A stretch of DNA of 64,000 bases, taken from contig OZ245742.1 in assembly GCA_965227295.1 (NCBI GenBank), positions 352,001-416,000 of the forward strand, written 5' to 3'. A program made the position numbers and the translations under genes. Of the stretch, positions 49,686 to 61,247 are shown one piece after another. The notes beneath the pieces are model-generated. The model saw nothing but the letters and a program-made list of their open reading frames with translations, made no database searches and was not told where the DNA came from. The DNA comes from Leptonemataceae bacterium (lineage in GTDB: Bacteria > Spirochaetota > Leptospiria > Leptospirales > Leptonemataceae). Position 1 is the stretch's first letter. Every line of letters starts with the position of its first letter.

Positions 49686-49886
49686 ATGAATGCTTGCAAA
49701 CAAATCGTGCTCATCCTTGCCCTGGCGGCAGCCGCGACAATGGCGTGCGCCAATCACGGCCAGGGTGACCGGGCGCCGACGGCTCCGACTTCGGAGACTT
49801 TTGATTCGCCGATTGCCGAAGGGTTGGCCCGCCATCTGTCGATCACTCCGGCATCGCAGTGCCGGCCAAACGAGAGCTGTTTATAA
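49686..49886 (+). CDS. small putative lipoprotein
   Basis: Hydrophobic stretch followed by ATMAC lipobox-like motif; 66 aa. Confidence 0.45.
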   Translation: MNACKQIVLILALAAAATMACANHGQGDRAPTAPTSETFDSPIAEGLARHLSITPASQCRPNESCL

Positions 49887-49905
49887 GCGATAGACACACC
49901 TGCGG

Positions 49906-49935
49906 CGCCCCGGGGCACGAAAGTGTTCCTGGGCG
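49906..49935. terminator. hairpin between convergent genes
   Basis: cgccccggggcac-GAAA-gtgttcctgggcg imperfect stem. Confidence 0.5.
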
Positions 49936-49985
49936 TTTATCGTTCCTGGACGGCGCGGCAGTCGGACGCATACGCGAGTCCATCT

Positions 49986-51920
<1,935 letters not shown>

Positions 51921-51971
51921 TTAAGTTACGGGAAGCGGAAGCAGTACATCGCGGACACAATGCAGCAGACT

Positions 51972-52086
51972 CGCTTCCCTTCACCGGTAGTACCGGCCAG
52001 GTTCGAGGGCTCCTCCGTGCGTCCGCGCTGCAAGATGATGCGCATGATAACGAAGTCTCAGGCCGTTGCCGCGGCCACACCCAGCG
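51972..52086 (-). ncRNA. TPP riboswitch
   Basis: Reverse strand: GGGTG..CTGAGA..CCC..GAACCTG..CCGG..CCGG..AAGGGAA, directly upstream of thiC. Confidence 0.85.
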
Positions 52087-52133
52087 ATGCGATCATTCTG
52101 CGCACGCCAGGCGCAAACGTAAACACAAAAATC

Positions 52134-53102
52134 TTACTGTTCCACGCAGAGCACCGAGCGCGTGTTGCTGCAATTCGGTGAACCGCCGCCGCCGCTGAGG
52201 GCGTTCGCATCCACGGCCGTGGCATCCCCCCGTTCACCCTGGTTCGCCGCGCCGCCGGTGCCGGTGCTGGTCCAGGAGGAACAGTGCAACGTGCTGATGG
52301 TCCAGTCGGCGTTCAGGCCGGTCCAGTAGGTTCCAGTGGTGCCGAAGGAATTGCTTAACGTGCCGAAAACAAAGATGCCGTTCGCATCCGTGGTCAGAAT
52401 CGCCGTCGACGTCCCCGCGCGCACGTAGCTGGTGTTCGCCGCGAAAGCCCAATCGTTCGCGCCGCCGGACGGCGAGCAGTTGGCGTTCGTGCACGCGATG
52501 CGCAAACCGCTCTGAACCAGCATGGCCTTGTAAGTTCCGGAGCCGGGCCAGTTCGCATCGCCGGCATTGTTGCAGGCCGTGTCCGCCGCGGTCAGCCCGC
52601 CGCCGCCGATATTGCCCTGGAAGGTGGAGTTTGTAATCCAGATGCGCTTTGCCGCGGAACAGGTCACGGTTACGCTAACATTGGAGCCGGCAATTGTACC
52701 GCTGCCGCTCGCTACGGCGCAGGTACGATCTCCCGGCTGCGTCGACACGGTGACGTTGTACGTGTCTCCGTCCACGATGGCCGTGGCAAAGGCGGTCGTC
52801 CCGTCCGCCGTGAGATTCAGATCGTCGCCGCCGTTGTTTTGTAGAGTGAGCGTACCGGCGGTGCCGGTGAGCCCGGTGACCGTGACGCTGACGACAAACG
52901 ATTGCGTGGCCGGCGTATCCGTATCACCGTCCTCCGCCGGAATGTCCGGCAGCGACGGACCCGGCTGTAGCAGGAGCGGCAATAGATAGCCGGCATAGCC
53001 CTGGGTCGCGTCGTAGTTCGCGCACTGCAGCAGCAAAGCGGCGGCCCACAGCAGGACGGCCGGGGAAGATGTCAAACGCCACCGGGACATCGGCAGCCGC
53101 AT
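52134..53102 (-). CDS. DUF1554 (Len/endostatin-like) lipoprotein with Ig-like linker
   Basis: Lipobox-like LLLQC; GLTAADTACN, GTYKAMLV, YWTGLNADWT, CSSWTS, VLCVEQ. Confidence 0.87.
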   Translation of the reverse strand: MRLPMSRWRLTSSPAVLLWAAALLLQCANYDATQGYAGYLLPLLLQPGPSLPDIPAEDGDTDTPATQSFVVSVTVTGLTGTAGTLTLQNNGGDDLNLTADGTTAFATAIVDGDTYNVTVSTQPGDRTCAVASGSGTIAGSNVSVTVTCSAAKRIWITNSTFQGNIGGGGLTAADTACNNAGDANWPGSGTYKAMLVQSGLRIACTNANCSPSGGANDWAFAANTSYVRAGTSTAILTTDANGIFVFGTLSNSFGTTGTYWTGLNADWTISTLHCSSWTSTGTGGAANQGERGDATAVDANALSGGGGSPNCSNTRSVLCVEQ

Positions 53103-53177
53103 AGACTACCATTCACTGGAAGGTTGTCCAGTGGAATTCGCAGGCCCTGGCGCCACAACGTAATCTAACAAGAACCA

Positions 53178-55394
53178 TCAACCGACGGAAATCGTAATCC
53201 GGGCACGACTGGAGCGGCCCGGGACGCTGTCGAACGAAAGAGAGCCGCCGGCCACGGCCAACAGCGCTCCGTGGAGCGAGAGCCCCTGCCCGGCCCCGCC
53301 GTTCCGCGCATCCGCGCCCGCGCCCGTTTCCCGGCCGTCGCCTTTGTCCGCCGCAAGGCCCGGGCCGTTGTCTTCGATGATCAGCTCCAGGGCCGGCGCG
53401 CGGTCCGTGTGCTCGATCAACGACATGGTAAAACGCAGTTCCGGTTCGCGGTTTCCGCGCCGGCCGTGGCGCGCCGCATTGCGAATCATCTCGCGCGCCG
53501 CGTAAAAGACCGTCTCCAATGCGAGGGCCGGCAGACGTTGCGCCGCACGATCCGCTTCCGTATTGCTCTTCCACAGCAAACGATCGAAACCGCCCTCCCG
53601 TTCGGCAGCATGACGCAGCGCGTGCGATAACCCCAGGCGCTCCAGATCGGGATGCACCGCGGCCGGGATCTCGCGTAACAATTGCGAAAGCCGCGCGTGA
53701 ATTTCCGTGAGACCGGCGAGTACGTTTTCCCCGCCGCTGATGTGCGAAAGTTCCAGGATGGACGCATGGATGGCCGGCAGAATGTCATCGTGTACAACTC
53801 GACGCGCGCGATCGTCACCCAGTTTGCCTTCGAGGATGCGACTGCGCTGGAGCGATACCACGATGCGCGACAATCGCGCCGCGGCCAGGGTATCCACCAG
53901 GCGCTCGGCGGCCGCCTGCGCAATCTCCACTTCTTCCTGGGTATAGAGGCCGCCGCCGTGTTGTTCGCCCAGCAGCAGGACGCCGGCCGCGCTCGCCGGC
54001 TGCGCCGACCACAGCGGCACGGCCAGGATCGCGCCGCCGTAACGCGCGGGGTCCACGGACAACAGCCGCGGGTTCGCGAACGACCGGCTGTTCAGCAGTT
54101 CCCCGGAACCACCGACCTCCCCGGCGATGCGGGCAAAGCGTAACTCCAGTTCATGCAAACTTTCGGCCGCAGGAAGTTTACGATCGGCCGCCGCCGGCGG
54201 ATATACGAGCGGCGCGTCGATAAACAGGCGCGCCTCGCCCAGGGGAAAAAGATAAGCCAGCTTGCAATGCAGAATGTCCCGACAGAGTTCCGGAAAGGGA
54301 TGCGGCAACGCCTCGTCACTCTGGCCGGTGCCGCGGCGTCCTTCTTGAATCACGCTACCGTAGAGATTCTGCGAACTGAGAAACGGCCGGAGGATTTCTA
54401 AGTGCCGGTTACGTTCGCGGTTCTGGGAGCGTCCCATCAGCACGAAGACGAGGACCGCGAGGCAGGCCGTACTCATGATTGTGAATCCGCCGGTGCCCAT
54501 CCACCAACGAACGCACGCAAAGAACAAACCCGCGGCCAGCGCGAAAAAGATGACCAGGTGCCACTGGCGAAAGAGGCCGCGCCGCGGCAGCGCGCCGGAG
54601 AAGAGTTCGTAGTAGATCGTGGCGCGACCGGTAAAGAGAATCGCCACGGTCACGAGCAAGGCGACCGGCGTGTCCAGATCCATCAGGAAACGAACCTCAC
54701 CTACGAAATCGTTGTGGCCGTTGTAACGATTGTACAGAAACCAGCTCAAAAAGCCGGCCACCACCAGGCTCACCAGGAACAGGGCCGTCCCGGCTCCCAG
54801 AATGGACGAGCGAGCCCGCTCCCGGGCCGTATCTTTCAGGTTGCCGCTGCGCCGACGCCGACCGAGGAGGATCCCTAAGGCACAACCGGTGGAAGTTAGC
54901 AGGTAGAGCCCGAAGAAAATCAGAAAGATCGTGTAGGCGAACGGGGCGCCGTAAAACGGGACGTTGCCGCCCACTATGGTTGCGAGATCCGGGATGGACC
55001 CCGCGAACCACAGTACGCCGGGGGTGGACAAAAACAACAACACGACAACATAAACCGACGGGCTGCGTTTCAGAAGGCCTTTGTGCTCGTCGAAGTATCC
55101 CGCGAAGTAAAGGACCACGGCGAACCAGCACAGCGGCAGAACGTAGAGTGTGGCGAGAGTCGGGTACCAGAGATACACCAGGACGAAGACCACCACGCGA
55201 CCGCCGCCGAGCTGAATGGTATAGGCGCCGTGAAAGGCCGCGGCGGCGAGCAGACTGAGCGACGCGAAGTAAACACTGGCCCGCCGGCGCTCGGGTTGCA
55301 GGAGGACCGTGGCTCCCAGCCAGAGCAGGAGCAACGTGTTCACCAGCGTCACCATGGGACGCAGGAAGAGGGTTACGGCATCGAACTCCGGCAT
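53178..55394 (-). CDS. multi-TM sensor histidine kinase-like protein
   Basis: About 9 TM segments, GAF-like region, VHDDILP, EMIRNAARHG, EDNGPG, GQGLSLH. Confidence 0.85.
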   Translation of the reverse strand: MPEFDAVTLFLRPMVTLVNTLLLLWLGATVLLQPERRRASVYFASLSLLAAAAFHGAYTIQLGGGRVVVFVLVYLWYPTLATLYVLPLCWFAVVLYFAGYFDEHKGLLKRSPSVYVVVLLFLSTPGVLWFAGSIPDLATIVGGNVPFYGAPFAYTIFLIFFGLYLLTSTGCALGILLGRRRRSGNLKDTARERARSSILGAGTALFLVSLVVAGFLSWFLYNRYNGHNDFVGEVRFLMDLDTPVALLVTVAILFTGRATIYYELFSGALPRRGLFRQWHLVIFFALAAGLFFACVRWWMGTGGFTIMSTACLAVLVFVLMGRSQNRERNRHLEILRPFLSSQNLYGSVIQEGRRGTGQSDEALPHPFPELCRDILHCKLAYLFPLGEARLFIDAPLVYPPAAADRKLPAAESLHELELRFARIAGEVGGSGELLNSRSFANPRLLSVDPARYGGAILAVPLWSAQPASAAGVLLLGEQHGGGLYTQEEVEIAQAAAERLVDTLAAARLSRIVVSLQRSRILEGKLGDDRARRVVHDDILPAIHASILELSHISGGENVLAGLTEIHARLSQLLREIPAAVHPDLERLGLSHALRHAAEREGGFDRLLWKSNTEADRAAQRLPALALETVFYAAREMIRNAARHGRRGNREPELRFTMSLIEHTDRAPALELIIEDNGPGLAADKGDGRETGAGADARNGGAGQGLSLHGALLAVAGGSLSFDSVPGRSSRARITISVG

Positions 55395-55428
55395 CAGCCC
55401 CTAACTGCGTCTGTAGTGAAATTAAGGC

Positions 55429-56253
55429 TTACTTCCACTCGACCCATTCTCCGTTCGCGTCTTCGACGTGGGCCTGGCCGTCGTCGTCCCACTGAATCAT
55501 GCGGCCTTCGCGAACGATCAAAACGGCGCGTACGCGGGCGACCTTTTCGTCGTCGGCGTTTTCGTTGAGGCCCCAGGTGGCGTAGATCTGCCCGTTGATG
55601 CGTGCGACGCTGCGTTTGTCGCGAAAGCCCAGGCGGTCGGCGATTTGCCGGTTGCTGAGCCCCGCGGCAAGCATGATTGCCGTGCGCCGTTCGTTGGGTT
55701 CCAGCAGGTCCAGGGGCGAGCGCGCGTCGCGATCACCGACTTCCATGACGCGACTCTCAATGTCCGGATCGATGAAGGACTTGCCGGCCGCCGCATCTTT
55801 CAGGAGCGGGGCGATCATGGACGGCAACAGATAGTTCGACTTCCGCACGTAGGCGTAATGACTGAGGATGCCCGAGTTCCGAAACTGCCGGTAATACTCA
55901 TCGTCGTCCTGAATCGAATAAAAGACCACGGGCATGCGCGGGAACTCCCGACGAATGGCCACCGCCGCTTCGATGCCGTTCTGCTCGCCGGCCAATTGTA
56001 CATCCATGAGGATCGCCGCCGGCGGCGTTTCGCTGGCAATGCAGAAGTCCAGCGCCTCTTCGCCGCTTTCGCTTTCGTGCAGGACTTTGAGTTCGCCGGT
56101 TTCTTCCAGGCCCTGGATCAGAGCGGGGCGCAACCGAACGTTGTCTTCGACGACGAGGATGGACAGGGGCGGCGTGCTCACGGTGCGTTGGGTCTCGCTC
56201 TTTGCGCTGGAAGATTTAGAGGATGATTTGCGTTTGGCTTCGGCGACGGGCAT
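55429..56253 (-). CDS. NarL/LuxR-type response regulator
   Basis: ILVVEDN, ILMDVQL, and LAAGLSNRQIADRLG helix-turn-helix. Confidence 0.9.
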   Translation of the reverse strand: MPVAEAKRKSSSKSSSAKSETQRTVSTPPLSILVVEDNVRLRPALIQGLEETGELKVLHESESGEEALDFCIASETPPAAILMDVQLAGEQNGIEAAVAIRREFPRMPVVFYSIQDDDEYYRQFRNSGILSHYAYVRKSNYLLPSMIAPLLKDAAAGKSFIDPDIESRVMEVGDRDARSPLDLLEPNERRTAIMLAAGLSNRQIADRLGFRDKRSVARINGQIYATWGLNENADDEKVARVRAVLIVREGRMIQWDDDGQAHVEDANGEWVEWK

Positions 56254-56378
56254 CTTTGGTTCTCCGGGGGAACGCGGTCAAGTGCGTTCGTTTTGCATGA
56301 TCTTACGCGATGCGAGGCGGTCGATGCGACGTCTTGATGCACGACCGGGAAGCACCCGGGTGCGCGAACATTTTCACA

Positions 56379-56783
56379 TCATGCGCCGTCGCGCAGCACG
56401 AACGCCAGCGCAACAACGTGCACATGCCGTACCGGCTGCGCATCGGTTGCGGTTTGCACGGCCACGTACGCCGCAGCGATGAGCGCGAACGTGCCGAGCT
56501 GCAACAACTCCCCGGCACTCCGCGCACGCAGGTAGGCCATCGTCGAACGCAGCATCTCGGCAGTCGTTACGGGTTCCTGCAACGACGCCGCGCCGCCGCT
56601 CACGTAGGCCCGCGCGTAGTGCGTCCATAACATCTGCGCGTTCGGCGCGTGCAAAAAGAATCCGAGCGGCCAGCGGAGCGAGCGTTCGTGCAATCGATAG
56701 ATGCGCTCGGCCCGGCGAATCGTGCGGCTTTCGCGGTCCAGACCGGCCAGCGAGCGACGCAGTGTGCGGTAACTGATCTTCAT
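56379..56783 (-). CDS. hypothetical protein
   Basis: 134 aa ORF filling the gap, with a C-terminal hydrophobic segment; no motif. Confidence 0.4.
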   Translation of the reverse strand: MKISYRTLRRSLAGLDRESRTIRRAERIYRLHERSLRWPLGFFLHAPNAQMLWTHYARAYVSGGAASLQEPVTTAEMLRSTMAYLRARSAGELLQLGTFALIAAAYVAVQTATDAQPVRHVHVVALAFVLRDGA

Positions 56784-56853
56784 AGAATGTTAGTCGCACG
56801 AAACGGTGGAAATGTCCACGATGCGGGGAGCCGGCGGCGAGCACACGGGTGGT

Positions 56854-57152
56854 TCAGGGAGGCATAAGTGTATCCGGTGGAAACTTGCGTTTTCCGTGAA
56901 TCACACCGAGAACGGAAAGACGCGCGTCCTCGCGTTGGTAGACGACACGGTACGAATACAGAATGATCTCCCGAACATCACCACGGCCCACTCCGGGACG
57001 ACTCGTCCAATCTCGGGGAACCGGACGAGGGCATCGACGCGATCTTTAATCTCCTGAACAACACGCCGGGCATAGTATCGGGAATCCCGGGCAATAAAGG
57101 CACGAATTTCAGAAAGATCTTTTCGAGCCTGGCCGGACCAGATTACTTCCAC
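56854..57152 (-). pseudogene. RelE/ParE family toxin with 1-nt deletion
   Basis: MEVIWSGQARKDLSEI...GRVVPE, then in a shifted frame GRGDVREIILYSYRVVYQ...VLGVIHGKR; total length 299 nt. Confidence 0.85.
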
Positions 57153-57322
57153 GCATCCAGCTCTTTCTGAAGGTCGTCCGAAGAAATGTAATCCCCATTT
57201 TGTATATCCCGCATTCCCGCTTCGATTTTATCGAGGACATACAATCGGTACATCATATCCTCGACGGAGGCGTCCTCCGGCAGATTTGCCAGGGCTTCGA
57301 GGGCTTTTGCCTTCATGGACAT
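57143..57322 (-). CDS. putative antitoxin (59 aa)
   Basis: MSMKAKALEALANLPEDASVEDMMYRLYVLDKIEAGMRDIQNG...W; overlaps toxin start; below the ORF-track length cutoff. Confidence 0.82.
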   Translation of the reverse strand: MSMKAKALEALANLPEDASVEDMMYRLYVLDKIEAGMRDIQNGDYISSDDLQKELDAWK

Positions 57323-57388
57323 GTCGGGAATCTATCAGCTCGCATGATGGATGGCAACGAAAATCCTGGATGTATCTCAGCTCTTTGC

Positions 57389-57486
57389 TGGGCGCCTCGC
57401 CGCCTGCGGCGGCGACCGGGCTTTCCAGGGCTCCGCCTTCGGCTCCGGACTTGCGGCTGCGCCGCAACCCTTCCAATCCCTGGCGC
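57389..57486 (+). repeat. structured intergenic element, copy 4
   Basis: TGGGCGCC...GGGCTCCGC...ATCCCTGGCGC. Confidence 0.75.
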
Positions 57487-57510
57487 AAGAAGTAAGATGC
57501 AGCCGCCGGC

Positions 57511-59640
57511 CTAAGACTTCTCTTCCAAATACTTCAACACGGCGCCGTAGAGCACATGATTCCGCCGCGCGGCCGACTTCTGGGTTTCGTTGATCTTCGA
57601 ACTTGTAAGCACCGGAATGAGTTCGTCGATCTTCGCGTTGAGTTCCTTCTTAAGCCGTGCGCCGTGTTGCTGAATGTAATTGCGGCTGCCGTACACGGCG
57701 CCGTCGCTAACGGGAATGCGCACAATGTCCGCGTAGCCGGCTCCGCCGCCGTCGGCCCCGTCCAGGATCTTGCCGATGTAAAAAGAACTGCCCAGGTTCT
57801 CGCTCTTTTCCAGAACGCCGCGGCCCGGAAAAGCGAAGCGCCCCCAGGACTCTTCGAGAAAACTCACCATGTTGGCCATGGTCTTTTTTTCGTCGACACC
57901 GCCCTTGATGTTCTCCTGAGCCCGGGCCTTGATTTCCTGCTTCGCATCCCGGCGACGATCTTCCATGCCGGCATCCCGACGGCGGCGCAGGGCTTCGGCT
58001 TGCTTTTCCCGGCGGTGCTGTTTGATGGCCGCAACCTCGTCGACGCCCACCTCGCTGCCGGTAAGAAACATTAACATACGCCGCCACCATGTTAAGTGCT
58101 GCGAGTAGGCCTTACGCAGAGTTTCTTTTAGTTCAAAGAGCGGCTTCGGGCCGATGAACTCACGCAACTTATCCTCGGGCGTACGATCCAGGCCCAGGAT
58201 ATCTTCCAGAAGTTCCAGCAGGTATTTGTCGCCGGACTTTTCGAACAGGTCCACCGCGGAATCGATGGCGTTTTGCACGGCGACCTCGTTTCGCGGCAGG
58301 GCGTAGACCACATCGAATTCCGTGAGCGGGGTATTGCGGCCCGGCTCCACCACATCCATGGAAGGCACCGAACCGATCAGCAGTCCCGAGACCTTCCTGC
58401 CGGCCATGATCTCGCGGATGTACTGTTCTTTAAAACGTTGCTTGCCGCCGCGTTTGTAGATCTCAACCAGGTTCGCCGTATTCTTGATGCCGTCGACGAT
58501 CGTCTTCAGTGCTTCGTGTTCTTTCTTTTGCTGCGCGGCTTCCCGGGCGGCGCGCACCATCTCCGAAAGCTTCACCGCCTCGATGATGAACTCGGGCATG
58601 GGCGCCGGCATCTCTTTGCCGCTCTGGAGTTTTTTCAAAAGATCTTTCGCCAGCGGCTCGCATTCCTCGAGGAACTTATCGACTTCTTTGCGCGTGTAGT
58701 AGGCGTTCTGAAAGAGATCGAGATCGTTGACTTTCTTGAACGCGTCGCTGATCAAAAACAAACACAGGTTCAGGTAGCGCGCGCGCAGACGATCCCCGTC
58801 GTTGAAGTAGACGAGATCCGGAAAACTGCGCAACGCCGCCGTGCTGGAATTGCGGATGTCCTGGCAGGAGATGACACGCAGGGCTCCTCCCGCCTGCAAC
58901 TCCTTGATCAACGGCAGGTACAGCCAGCGCCGCAACTGGCGGTTCGCGGCGTGCACGTGTTCAATGCGACGCTCGTCACCACCGGAGGGCGGTCGCAGAA
59001 AAATGCTGCGCGCCAGAAGATCGGCGCGTTCCTGGCGAATGGCGGCGGCCACGGAATCCAGGGACTTCGTTTCTTTGAACGTTTCCTGCACATCGGCCCA
59101 GTTCGTGAACACGAGCTTTTGTTGCATGGCGTTCTTCAGGCCCAGACTGGATTTCATGAGCGCCGTCTTGTAGCCGCGCATCACCGTGTTTTCTTTCGGT
59201 GACGAGGGCACCACGTACCGCGTGCGCACTTTGATCTCCGGGCCGCCGCCCTGCTTCGCTTCGAATACGAGTTCCCGCGTGAGATGAATAAAGGGCGACG
59301 GCTGGCCGACCAGGATCAAGAGCAAGTCCCGAAAGGAATCCTGGTCGGGCATGGGTTTGCGGTTCGCGGCCCGACGCCGGTTCTCGGTCATGGCGCGGTA
59401 AATGTCCGTGGCGGTGGGAAATTCCAGCGTGCCCTTGTCGTACGCCAGTTGGACGAGTTCGTGGATGACGTCGTAGATCGCGCCGAGATCGTCTTTGTGT
59501 TCGACGAAGTCTTCCGTCTGCCCCTCGGTGGCCTGCACGCCGAAGATGCGTTCGGCGAGATCCTTGCTGACGTAGTCCGGCTCGCCGGCGCGATCGGCGG
59601 CTTCGGTTCCGGATTCTGATTCGCGCGTATCCGGCGGCAT
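57511..59640 (-). CDS. large hypothetical protein
   Basis: 709 aa ORF with native codon usage; helical/coiled-coil character; no assignable motif. Confidence 0.75.
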   Translation of the reverse strand: MPPDTRESESGTEAADRAGEPDYVSKDLAERIFGVQATEGQTEDFVEHKDDLGAIYDVIHELVQLAYDKGTLEFPTATDIYRAMTENRRRAANRKPMPDQDSFRDLLLILVGQPSPFIHLTRELVFEAKQGGGPEIKVRTRYVVPSSPKENTVMRGYKTALMKSSLGLKNAMQQKLVFTNWADVQETFKETKSLDSVAAAIRQERADLLARSIFLRPPSGGDERRIEHVHAANRQLRRWLYLPLIKELQAGGALRVISCQDIRNSSTAALRSFPDLVYFNDGDRLRARYLNLCLFLISDAFKKVNDLDLFQNAYYTRKEVDKFLEECEPLAKDLLKKLQSGKEMPAPMPEFIIEAVKLSEMVRAAREAAQQKKEHEALKTIVDGIKNTANLVEIYKRGGKQRFKEQYIREIMAGRKVSGLLIGSVPSMDVVEPGRNTPLTEFDVVYALPRNEVAVQNAIDSAVDLFEKSGDKYLLELLEDILGLDRTPEDKLREFIGPKPLFELKETLRKAYSQHLTWWRRMLMFLTGSEVGVDEVAAIKQHRREKQAEALRRRRDAGMEDRRRDAKQEIKARAQENIKGGVDEKKTMANMVSFLEESWGRFAFPGRGVLEKSENLGSSFYIGKILDGADGGGAGYADIVRIPVSDGAVYGSRNYIQQHGARLKKELNAKIDELIPVLTSSKINETQKSAARRNHVLYGAVLKYLEEKS

Positions 59641-59730
59641 TACGGGGAAATTATTTTTGCGCTCGTCCAGGCGTAAACGAGGAACTTTCCAGTTGATGTC
59701 GCGTATGCGTTAGAATATCGTTAGGCTGTC

Positions 59731-60990
59731 TCAGGTTTCTCGGACCTTGAGCACAACCGCGGTGAGATCGTCTTTCAGCGGCTCACCCTCGGCCCAATCA
59801 TCGCCGATGCGCAGAATGTCCGAGAGCAGCATGGAACACGGACGCGACGGATCCAGCATGGTGAGGCGTTCTTCCAGGCGATCGTAGTCCAGCATGCGTT
59901 TGTCGGGACTCATGATTTCGGGCAGGCCGTCGCTCATGAGGATGATGTTGTCGCCGGGCAACGCGGAGAACTGTGTTTCGTCGTAGGTGATGTCGTCGAA
60001 ATCGATCAGGCCCAGGGGCGGCCCGCAGAGCTGAAACTGATCCAGCCGGCCGTCGGCGCGGAGCACGTAGACCGGCGGCATGGAACCGCCGGAAACCCGC
60101 ACCCGCACCCCGCTATCCTCGGGGCGAATGGCCAGGAGATTCAAGGCCATGTTGCTTTCTTCTTTGAGCCCGGTCTCGACCATGATGCGATTGAGCCGGC
60201 CGCAGAGCCCGGCGAGGTTTTTGTAATCGAACCAGGCCAGCAGCAACGCTTTGGTCATGGCCACCATGCTGCCGGCGCCCACGCCGTGACCGGTGGCGTC
60301 GCCGATGGCGGCGACCAGGGCGCCGTCCGGACGATGAAAGAAATCGTAGTAGTCCCCGCCGACTTCGCTGGCCGTCCACTGCGCCGCGTCAATCTCAAGG
60401 AAGTTGCACGCCGGCGACTCGGACGGCAGGAGCATGCTCTGAATCTGCCGCGCGCGTTCGATCTCGCCGGTCTTGCGATCGTTGTCCCGGGCGACCCGAT
60501 CGTGATAGGCCTGCTCCAGGGAGCGCAGCCGACTCTTCTCGATGCAGGCATCGATGCGCGCACGCAAAAGGATCGGATCGAAGGGTTTCAGCAGATAGTC
60601 TTCGGCGCCCTGCTGGATGCACTGCGCGGCGGACTGCATGTCCTCGGTTCCGGTGATCATGATGACCGGCAAATCGCGGGTGTCCGGACTCTGCTTCACC
60701 CGCGCAAGTAACACCAGTCCGTCCATCTCCGGCAGGACGAGGTCGAGCAACAACAGATCAAAGCGACGTTCTCCCAGCAGACGCAACGCGTCGACGGCGC
60801 TCTCCGTCGCGACGACGTGATGCCCGGCTTCACGCAGTAGATCGGAAAGCACCCGACGATTCAAACGGCTGTCGTCTACAACGAGGACAGTCGCCGACTT
60901 CTTCTCCGCCGGACGCTCCAGGACGGAACGGCGCTGCGTATACGCCGCGAGCGAGGAACGCGGAATGGGTCCTGGAAGCTGGATTTCCAT
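59731..60990 (-). CDS. response regulator-PP2C (SpoIIE/RsbU-type) phosphatase
   Basis: VLVVDDS..DLVLPEMDG receiver; EVGGDYYD, GDATGHG, SDGLPE, DDLT. Confidence 0.93.
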   Translation of the reverse strand: MEIQLPGPIPRSSLAAYTQRRSVLERPAEKKSATVLVVDDSRLNRRVLSDLLREAGHHVVATESAVDALRLLGERRFDLLLLDLVLPEMDGLVLLARVKQSPDTRDLPVIMITGTEDMQSAAQCIQQGAEDYLLKPFDPILLRARIDACIEKSRLRSLEQAYHDRVARDNDRKTGEIERARQIQSMLLPSESPACNFLEIDAAQWTASEVGGDYYDFFHRPDGALVAAIGDATGHGVGAGSMVAMTKALLLAWFDYKNLAGLCGRLNRIMVETGLKEESNMALNLLAIRPEDSGVRVRVSGGSMPPVYVLRADGRLDQFQLCGPPLGLIDFDDITYDETQFSALPGDNIILMSDGLPEIMSPDKRMLDYDRLEERLTMLDPSRPCSMLLSDILRIGDDWAEGEPLKDDLTAVVLKVRET

Positions 60991-61247
60991 GATCGGGTTC
61001 GAGTATACCGGTAACTACAGACTCACGAACGTAAATCTACATACAGATAGACGACGAAATATTCAGAAAGATCGACAAAAGATCAAGGAAAGAATTGTGA
61101 AATCGGGTCCGGAAAGGATTAGAATTTCGCGAGCAAAAGGTCTAGTTTTTGTTAAAGAATTCCTACTTTTTTCGCCCCGACCCGCGACAATTTCAGGCGA
61201 AAGTTTGGTTGCGGGATACGTCGACCCGACAGTATGTTGAGTTCAGT

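Noticed and set aside
46143-49886. Mobile element or prophage origin of the ECF cassette
   Set aside because: Codon usage looks somewhat less biased by eye, but no integrase, transposase, tRNA target or flanking direct repeats were found.
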